Source: Armatimonadota bacterium
GTDB lineage: Bacteria; Armatimonadota; Armatimonadia; Armatimonadales; Armatimonadaceae
Reading direction: 5' to 3'
Assembly (NCBI GenBank): GCA_043754515.1
Contig: JAYUUO010000110.1
Coordinates: forward strand, 1 to 12,981
Length of the DNA stretch: 12,981 bases
The notes below the pieces were generated by a model. It saw nothing but the letters and a program-made list of their open reading frames with translations, did no database searches and had not been told where the DNA came from. Positions 7,368-12,981 of this stretch are shown here, piece after piece. A program made the position numbers and the translations under genes. Positions within the stretch are counted from its first letter, which is position 1; the number at the start of each line of letters is the position of its first letter.

Positions 7368-7433
7368 TTCCCCGGATGCCGTTCCGGGAAGCCCGAAAGA
7401 TAATCGAGGAAACATTAATATCGGGCCACGCGC

Positions 7434-7462
7434 TTGAAACTCGCCCCCCGCGCCGATATACT
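7434..7462 (+). promoter_or_regulatory. sigma70-type promoter of secDF
   Basis: TTGAAA (7434-7439), 17 nt spacer, TATACT (7457-7462), about 78 nt upstream of ATG 7541. Confidence 0.7.
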
Positions 7463-7540
7463 GCCTTGTCCCGCGCCGCCGACCGTATACGCGCCGCCGG
7501 TTCGCCACTTTCTCACGAGTTCGACCCAGTACACACCGCT

Positions 7541-10330
7541 ATGAAACCCCGAATGCTCGCCGCCATCGTCGCGGCTCTCGCCCTTATCTGCCTGTTCGTC
7601 ATTTTTCTGCCCATCGCCTTCCCGCGCCTGTTGGTGTCCCGGTACCTGCCGCGACCTAAACTTGGCCTCGACATCCAGGGCGGTGCCCGCGTCGTGCTCG
7701 AAGCGCAGATAGACAAACTCCCCGCGGGGAAGAAGTGGGACGCCGACGCGAAGTCCGCCGTGTTCCAGACCCTGGAGAACCGCGTCAACGCCAACGGAGT
7801 CTCCGAGCCGGTGATCCTGCCGAAGGGCGACAAGCAGTTTATCGTCGAACTGCCCGGCATCTCGAACCAGACCCAGCTACTCGACCAGCTCCAGAACACC
7901 GCGCAACTCGAGTTCTACTACAGCCCCGACTGGCAAACCAATCGCAACACTTACGGCCGCTACCAACTCCGCTCGGAGGGCGGCACCAACGGGCGGCGCG
8001 AGGAGTACCTGATCCATGACAAGCAGACCAACGTGGACTTCCGTGACCGCTTTCACATCAACCAGGCACTAAAGGAAATGGCGGATCGCGGCAAGACCAG
8101 CGGTGCCGAAACGCCGCTACCCGCGCCGCTCACCGACCTCGCCACGGCGGCGGGGCGCGCGACGCTCCCGCTCACGCCGGAAGACGCAACGGCACTGCCC
8201 GCGCTGGCAGACGAACTCAAGAACTTCGAGGCGTTCTTAGGCGCGGCGAAACTTCAGATGACCGGTAGCGACTTGCTCCCAGGTGGTGCGCACTCCGGGT
8301 TCGCGCAGTCGGGTACGACGCAGGCGATTGTGGAACTCGAGTTTAATGGCGAGGGCACGCGCAAGTTCGGTAACTTCACCAAAGACCACTCGCAGGAGAT
8401 CCTGATGATCTTCCTGGACGGTCGCATCCTGATGACGCCGAACATCAACGAGCCGATCCTGAGTGGTAAGGCGCAGATCTCGCCGTTCGCGTCCGTCAAA
8501 GAGGCGAAGCAGCTCGCCGACTACCTGAACGGCGGCTCGCTCCCCGTCCCACTCAAGATCGTCCAGCAACAGAGCGTGGAAGCGACACTCGGTAAAGAGG
8601 CGGTGCGGGCGGGTCTGGTCGCGGGCCTCGTCGGTATCGCCGGTGTGATCCTGTATGTGATCGCGCTGTACCGGCTCCCTGGTGCCGTCGCGTGTTGCGC
8701 CCTGTTACTCTACACCCTGTTTACGTACACGATATTCCTGCTCGTGCCGGTGACATTCACACTGCCGGGGATAGCGGGTTTCATCCTGTCGGTCGGCATG
8801 GCGATTGACGCCAACATCCTGATTTTCGAGCGCACGAAAGAGGAACTAAAGGAAGGCAAGACGCTGATTCGCGCGGTGGAGAACGGGTTCAGCCGCGCCT
8901 TTTCCGCGATCTTCGACTCCAACCTGTGTACGGCCGTTACCTCGCTCCTCCTTTACAACTTCGGGACCGGCCCCGTGCGCGGTTTCGCGATGACCCTGCT
9001 CATCGGCGTCGCGGTTTCCATGTTCACGGCGATAACCGTCACGCGGTCGTTCCTGCTCCTGATGGTCGAGGGCGGCACGAAGGTCAGCGGCATGGCGCGG
9101 GCGTTCGAGGCGTGGGGTGCCACCGCGCTCTGGCGTCCCCAGATGTATACGGTCCAGCGGCGCGTGCTGTTCTATCTGCTGTCGGTCGCGGTGATCGTCC
9201 CTGGCATGATCGCGCTATTCGGCGGCGGGTTCAAGCCCGGCATCGAATTCACGGGCGGCTCGGAGATCACGCTCCAGTTCTCACAACCGGTGGCGCGCGA
9301 GGCGGTCGAGAAGGCGATGAAAGAGGCGGGCGGGGCGCAGACGGCGGACGCCGCGGCACAGATCGCGGGTAACAACACGGTCATCGTACGGCTCCCGAAG
9401 CGGGTAGGGCAGCCCGAACTGACGCAGGCCGACGCCCAGGTGCTGGTCGCGAAGATCGCCGCCGCGTTCCCGAACCAGAAGGTGACGCAGGAAGAGTTCT
9501 CGCTGATCGGCGGCTCGATCTCGAAGGAACTAACCACGAACGCGCTGTACTCCATCGGGCTGTCGTCGCTGTTCATCGTCACGTACCTGACGCTACGGTT
9601 CGCGGTCGGCGGGTTCCGCAACGGCATCAAATTCGGCGTCGCGGCGATTATCGCGATGCTCCACGACGTGCTCGTGCTCGGCGGCGTGTTCGCGATCCTG
9701 GGCTACTTCCTGAACTGGAAGGTGGACTCGTTGTTCGTGACGGCGGCACTGACCGTGATCGGCTTTTCGGTCCACGACACGATCATCATCTTCGACCGTA
9801 TCCGCGAGAATCTGAAATTGCGCGGCGGGCGGGTCGAGTTCGGAGAGTTGGTGAACGAAAGCATCAACGAGACGTTCGCCCGCTCGGTCAACACGAGCAT
9901 GACCGTGATCATCACGCTCACCGCTCTATTGATACTCGGCGGCGCGGTGATCCGCCCGCTTAATGCCGCGCTACTGATCGGGATCGTGTCGGGGACATAC
10001 TCGAGCATCTTCAACGCCGCGCAGATCGTCGTGGACTGGCAACGGTTATTCGGCAAAAAGGGCGGCGTTTACTCGTCCGCGACCGAACGACTCGCCGCCC
10101 CCAAACCGTCCGCTCTTGACAAGCTAAAGCCGGGGGCCGCTTCCGGCACCGGCGCGAAAGCATACGGCACGCCCGACACGGGAGCGAAGACCTATAGCGC
10201 GCCGCCACTGACACCGACCCCGTCGCCCGCGTCACAGGCGGACCGGGCACCCGACATGCTCCCGCCGACACCACCCACTAGCCGCCCTCAACTCCCGACG
10301 GCTCCGGCGAAGCGCAAGCGGCGGATGTAG
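7541..10330 (+). CDS. secDF: Fused protein translocase subunit SecDF, 929 aa
   Basis: N-terminal TM then KLGLDIQGG, RVNANGVSEP, GSLPVPL, TLPGIAGFILSVGMAIDANILIFER, GTGPVRGFA (SecD); GIEFTGG, LHDV, GFSVHDTIIIFDRIRE, GTYSSIF (SecF). Start moved to ATG 7541 because the upstream extension overlaps mod and the promoter. Confidence 0.97.
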   Translation: MKPRMLAAIVAALALICLFVIFLPIAFPRLLVSRYLPRPKLGLDIQGGARVVLEAQIDKLPAGKKWDADAKSAVFQTLENRVNANGVSEPVILPKGDKQFIVELPGISNQTQLLDQLQNTAQLEFYYSPDWQTNRNTYGRYQLRSEGGTNGRREEYLIHDKQTNVDFRDRFHINQALKEMADRGKTSGAETPLPAPLTDLATAAGRATLPLTPEDATALPALADELKNFEAFLGAAKLQMTGSDLLPGGAHSGFAQSGTTQAIVELEFNGEGTRKFGNFTKDHSQEILMIFLDGRILMTPNINEPILSGKAQISPFASVKEAKQLADYLNGGSLPVPLKIVQQQSVEATLGKEAVRAGLVAGLVGIAGVILYVIALYRLPGAVACCALLLYTLFTYTIFLLVPVTFTLPGIAGFILSVGMAIDANILIFERTKEELKEGKTLIRAVENGFSRAFSAIFDSNLCTAVTSLLLYNFGTGPVRGFAMTLLIGVAVSMFTAITVTRSFLLLMVEGGTKVSGMARAFEAWGATALWRPQMYTVQRRVLFYLLSVAVIVPGMIALFGGGFKPGIEFTGGSEITLQFSQPVAREAVEKAMKEAGGAQTADAAAQIAGNNTVIVRLPKRVGQPELTQADAQVLVAKIAAAFPNQKVTQEEFSLIGGSISKELTTNALYSIGLSSLFIVTYLTLRFAVGGFRNGIKFGVAAIIAMLHDVLVLGGVFAILGYFLNWKVDSLFVTAALTVIGFSVHDTIIIFDRIRENLKLRGGRVEFGELVNESINETFARSVNTSMTVIITLTALLILGGAVIRPLNAALLIGIVSGTYSSIFNAAQIVVDWQRLFGKKGGVYSSATERLAAPKPSALDKLKPGAASGTGAKAYGTPDTGAKTYSAPPLTPTPSPASQADRAPDMLPPTPPTSRPQLPTAPAKRKRRM

Positions 10331-10353
10331 ATCACCCCACGCAGGTAGCCAGT

Positions 10354-11046
10354 CTAATGCGCGGGCGGCACGGGTGTGTCATTACCACCAGCGGGCGGCG
10401 CGTCCGGAGCCGGGGCATTGCCCCCGCCCATGGGTTTCGTGCCCCCGCCCATCGGCATCTTACCGCCGCCCATTGGCATCTTGCCGCCGGTCGGTGCCGT
10501 CTTCCCCATACCGGACATGCTCATGTTGTTCGATGTACCGGCGACCTTGTGGATAGTGTCGGTGTGCGCCATCACATGACCCAGCGTTTCGGTCGCGTAC
10601 GAGCGGACGTCGGAGTTCTTGCTGGTCGCGATCTCCTTCTGGAGGAGCGCGATGGTTAGGTGGTGGTCCTTGATCTGGCCGGTGATGTACTTGTTGTCGA
10701 ACGGCTTATCATGCAAAGCGGCTAGCTGCTTGCCCATCATCTTGTGCTTCGCGTCCGGCTCGTGCGGCAGTTTGACATCGTACTTGCCCGCGAGCGCGTC
10801 TAGCTTGACCTGGTTGTCGCCGTGCTCTTTGATGATCGTGGTCGCGACGCCCTTCACTCTGTTGTCCTTCGAGTTCTTGAGCGCGATCTTGCTTGCCGCG
10901 ATCTCGTTGTGGTTACCGTGCGAGAGGGTGACCATGAACACCTTGTCTTGAGCGGACAGTTTGCCCGCCGCTTGCGCTGCCGTGGTAGCCACGAATAGCA
11001 TGGTGGTCGCGATGAGACCTGTTAAAATCCGTTTCCCTATTGTCAT
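10354..11046 (-). CDS. Secreted DUF4142-family (ferritin-like) protein, 230 aa, with Met/Gly/Pro-rich tail
   Basis: AGGAGG upstream of ATG 11046; signal peptide MTIGKRILTGLIATTMLFVATTAAQA; LSAQDKVF...EIAASKIAL...VK..A..II.EH...FDNKYI..QIKDH...VRSYA..TL...H pattern as I recall for DUF4142. Confidence 0.85.
   Translation of the reverse strand: MTIGKRILTGLIATTMLFVATTAAQAAGKLSAQDKVFMVTLSHGNHNEIAASKIALKNSKDNRVKGVATTIIKEHGDNQVKLDALAGKYDVKLPHEPDAKHKMMGKQLAALHDKPFDNKYITGQIKDHHLTIALLQKEIATSKNSDVRSYATETLGHVMAHTDTIHKVAGTSNNMSMSGMGKTAPTGGKMPMGGGKMPMGGGTKPMGGGNAPAPDAPPAGGNDTPVPPAH
10420..10482. repeat. Three 21-bp tandem units encoding (K/T)(M/K)PMGGG
   Basis: gcccccgcccatgggtttcgt / gcccccgcccatcggcatctt / accgccgcccattggcatctt. 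Confidence 0.85.
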
Positions 11047-11160
11047 CTGATTTTTCCTCCTAATAGCCGCGCCACAAAGAAGACAGCCCACCGGCGTCGC
11101 GCGGCACGGGAATTATTACCCCATTCCCCCAGACCATATGGCAAGCAAACGTTGCCGACC

Positions 11161-11712
11161 TTATGGTCTGTTGAGCGCGGCGCGGTTGCGCGCGAAGAGG
11201 GCCTGCCACTCGGGGTCCAGCATGTCGTTGATCCAGAGGATGTCGGCGTTCTCGCCGTTGTCGCTGTAGTACGCCTTACGGATGGCGACATGAATGAACC
11301 CGTATTTCTCGTACAGTTTCTGAGCCGCTTCGTTGGTCTCGCGCACCTCAAGCGTCGCCCGCGTCGCGCCCATGCCCCACGAAGTTATTAGAAGTTCGGA
11401 GAGGAGTAGGTCCCCGACGCGGTTACCCCGGTAGGCGAGCGACACGCCGAGGATAGTGATATGTACCTCGTCCATCACGGTCCAGATGCCTCCGAACCCG
11501 ACCACGCGCCCGTCATGGACCGCGACACGGTACGCCGCCGACTTGTTGGAAAGCTCCGTGACGTACGACTGCGGACTCCACGTTTCGACTTTACTGAACG
11601 ACTCGCGCTGGATCTTGGCGACCGTCTCGATGTCGCTCGCCCACATCGGACGGACGATAACTGCGTCCAGCGGGACGCGAACCGGCCCGGTCAGTGGCTC
11701 GGTGAAGATCAT
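11161..11712 (-). CDS. rimI: RimI-type ribosomal-protein-alanine N-acetyltransferase (GNAT), 183 aa
   Basis: W..MDEVHIT.LGV...YRGNRVG..LL, ATLEVRETNEAAQKLYEKYGF, RKAYYSDNGENA.I.W; ATGA overlap with the moaE stop. Confidence 0.9.
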   Translation of the reverse strand: MIFTEPLTGPVRVPLDAVIVRPMWASDIETVAKIQRESFSKVETWSPQSYVTELSNKSAAYRVAVHDGRVVGFGGIWTVMDEVHITILGVSLAYRGNRVGDLLLSELLITSWGMGATRATLEVRETNEAAQKLYEKYGFIHVAIRKAYYSDNGENADILWINDMLDPEWQALFARNRAALNRP

Positions 11713-12188
11713 GCCGCGCCACCATTAATAGGGGGCACGCTTTCGTTGGCGGCGGTCACGCCCTCATCGGCGGCGGGGATGCTGGCGTCGCCTTCGATCC
11801 AAAACGTGCCGTCGGCGGCGTATTCTTTCTTCCAGATCGGAACCTCGCTTTTGAGCGTGTCAATAGCGAAGCGGCAGGCGTCGAACGCGTCGGCGCGGTG
11901 TGCGGACGCGACGCAGATAACGACGCTGGTTTCGCCGACCGCGACGTAGCCGACGCGGTGCAGGATCGCGCACGCAAGCCCCCACCGCGCATGCACCTCG
12001 CCCACGATCTTCGCCATCCGCGACTCGGCGAGTGGTTGATAGGCGTCGTACTCAAGGCCGGTCACCGACCGACCACGTGCATGGTCACGCGTCACGCCGA
12101 CGAACAGGACATACGCGCCGTCCGCGTGTGTCACCACGGCATCAATGGCGACCCGCGCGTCGAGCGGCTGTGAGGAGAGGAGAACCAT
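11709..12188 (-). CDS. moaE: Molybdopterin synthase catalytic subunit, 159 aa
   Basis: GA...FVGVTRD, LEYDAY.PLAE, HRVG....GETSV, ASAHR.DAFDAC.F.ID.LK..VPIWKKE. Confidence 0.95.
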   Translation of the reverse strand: MVLLSSQPLDARVAIDAVVTHADGAYVLFVGVTRDHARGRSVTGLEYDAYQPLAESRMAKIVGEVHARWGLACAILHRVGYVAVGETSVVICVASAHRADAFDACRFAIDTLKSEVPIWKKEYAADGTFWIEGDASIPAADEGVTAANESVPPINGGAA

Positions 12189-12211
12189 TTCGGTAAAACC
12201 GTCCGTCCCCG

Positions 12212-12460
12212 CTACCCGCCGCTCATCGGCGGCAGGAACGCGACCTCGTCGCCGTCACGAAGCGGCGCGTCGCCGGTCGCGAACTCGCCGCGCACCGCGA
12301 CGCGGGTACTATCGAGCAGACCGGTCAGGCGCGGGTTATGCGCCGCCAGTGCGTCCGCCGCGTCCGCCGCCGTCGCGCCGCGCGGCAGGGGAAGCGTCAT
12401 CTCGCCGCGTGGGAGGGCGTCTTTGAAGTGTCCGAATAGAAGTACGCGGATCATGATCAT
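12212..12460 (-). CDS. moaD: Molybdopterin synthase sulfur carrier (MoaD/ThiS family), 80-82 aa
   Basis: MIRVLLFG...VAV....L.DGDEVAFLPPMSGG with C-terminal GG, adjacent to moaE. Start is ATG 12460 or 12454; the longer listed ORF runs into rnpB. Confidence 0.92.
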   Translation of the reverse strand: MIMIRVLLFGHFKDALPRGEMTLPLPRGATAADAADALAAHNPRLTGLLDSTRVAVRGEFATGDAPLRDGDEVAFLPPMSGG

Positions 12461-12465
12461 GGTTT

Positions 12466-12830
12466 GCGAAGCGGGTCTGTAAGCCGGGTTCTGTGTTTGT
12501 GTGGTCATCTCTCTATGGTTCGTGTTGCCACGCGCCTTGAGCGGTCTACCGGGAGAATCGGCGGGCAACGTCATCTTCCCCCTCTGACCTTGCTACCGAT
12601 GGGGTTTGCCGGGCAGGCGTGTCACCACGCCCCCGGTGCGCTCTTACCGCACCATTTCATCCTTACCGTAGGCGGGTGTCCCCCCACGGCGGTATCTTTC
12701 TGTTGCACTTTCCGTCGGGTCACCCCGCCTCGCCGTTAACGAGCATCGCGCCGTGCGTAGCCCGGACTTTCCTCGGAACGGTTCGTCGCGTTTCCGCGCC
12801 CCCGCCCCGCGACCACCCGACCCGCTTCGC
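12466..12830 (-). ncRNA. rnpB: RNase P RNA, bacterial type A, about 365 nt
   Basis: GAGGAAAGUCCGGGC and ACAGAACCCGGCUUAC (P4), AGUGCAACAGAAA, P13 loop GGUAAGAG, GGCAAACCCC, GGU in L15, GCAA-looped P18, perfect 12-bp P1 GCGAAGCGGGUC/GACCCGCUUCGC; P19 appears absent. Confidence 0.97.
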
Positions 12831-12835
12831 TCCCG

Positions 12836-12844
12836 ATTGTACCA
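12836..12844 (-). promoter_or_regulatory. Extended -10 promoter of rnpB
   Basis: TGGTACAAT ends 5 nt before the first base of P1, placing the start site at about 12830. Confidence 0.75.
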
Positions 12845-12981
12845 CGGACGTAGGAACCTCACCCTCTGGTCGGGGTGGCCAACTAGGGCGATTGCATCAT
12901 AGTTAGGTGGTCATACTGCCAATAATGACTTTGTTCTCCGGCGCGGTATTCTCGGGAGATGTTATTGAAAAATGGCCTCGC

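Noticed and set aside
1..7540. tRNA-integrated genomic island or prophage
   Set aside because: No integrase and no duplicated tRNA fragment found; the block lies on the 5' side of the tRNA. The gttcgac at about 7519 has no tRNA context.
7301..7540. 80-aa N-terminal extension of SecDF
   Set aside because: Overlaps the mod start and spans the promoter; SecD similarity begins at Met 7541.
3106..10274. Many 60-220 aa alternative-frame ORFs inside res, mod and secDF
   Set aside because: Expected shadow ORFs in GC-rich coding DNA, with no independent motifs.
10331..10353. Bidirectional terminator between secDF and the DUF4142 gene
   Set aside because: The 23-bp gap has no convincing hairpin or U tract.
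11047..11160. SigB-like or sigma54 promoter for the DUF4142 gene
   Set aside because: GGGTAA is present, but GTTT is about 25 nt away, and GG-N10-GC spacing is not met.
12464..12906. ORFs overlapping rnpB, including the moaD N-terminal extension
   Set aside because: The sequence is explained by the RNase P RNA.
12845..12981. Divergent promoter and gene start at the right edge
   Set aside because: ATGs at 12959 and 12972 and short palindromes exist, but there is too little sequence to support a call.

Overview
GC-rich bacterial chromosome segment with two parts. Left (1-7350, all minus strand) is an accessory, defence-like block: a Type III restriction-modification pair (mod, res), a 333-bp spacer with nested hand-foldable stems, a stand-alone protein of 21 gap-free 33-aa HEAT-like repeats, and tRNA-Gln(UUG) with its own sigma70 promoter. 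Right (7430-12850) is housekeeping-like: fused secDF (+), a secreted DUF4142-like protein (-), and a probable rnpB-moaD-moaE-rimI unit (-) in which moaD starts 5 nt after the RNase P RNA P1 helix. Best leads: the mod-res-spacer-HEAT arrangement as a possible sensor-coupled RM system, a sharply bounded low-GC target-recognition segment in mod, a candidate ~180-nt structured RNA, and the rnpB-moaD junction. All folding, counts and family calls were made by eye; no searches were run.
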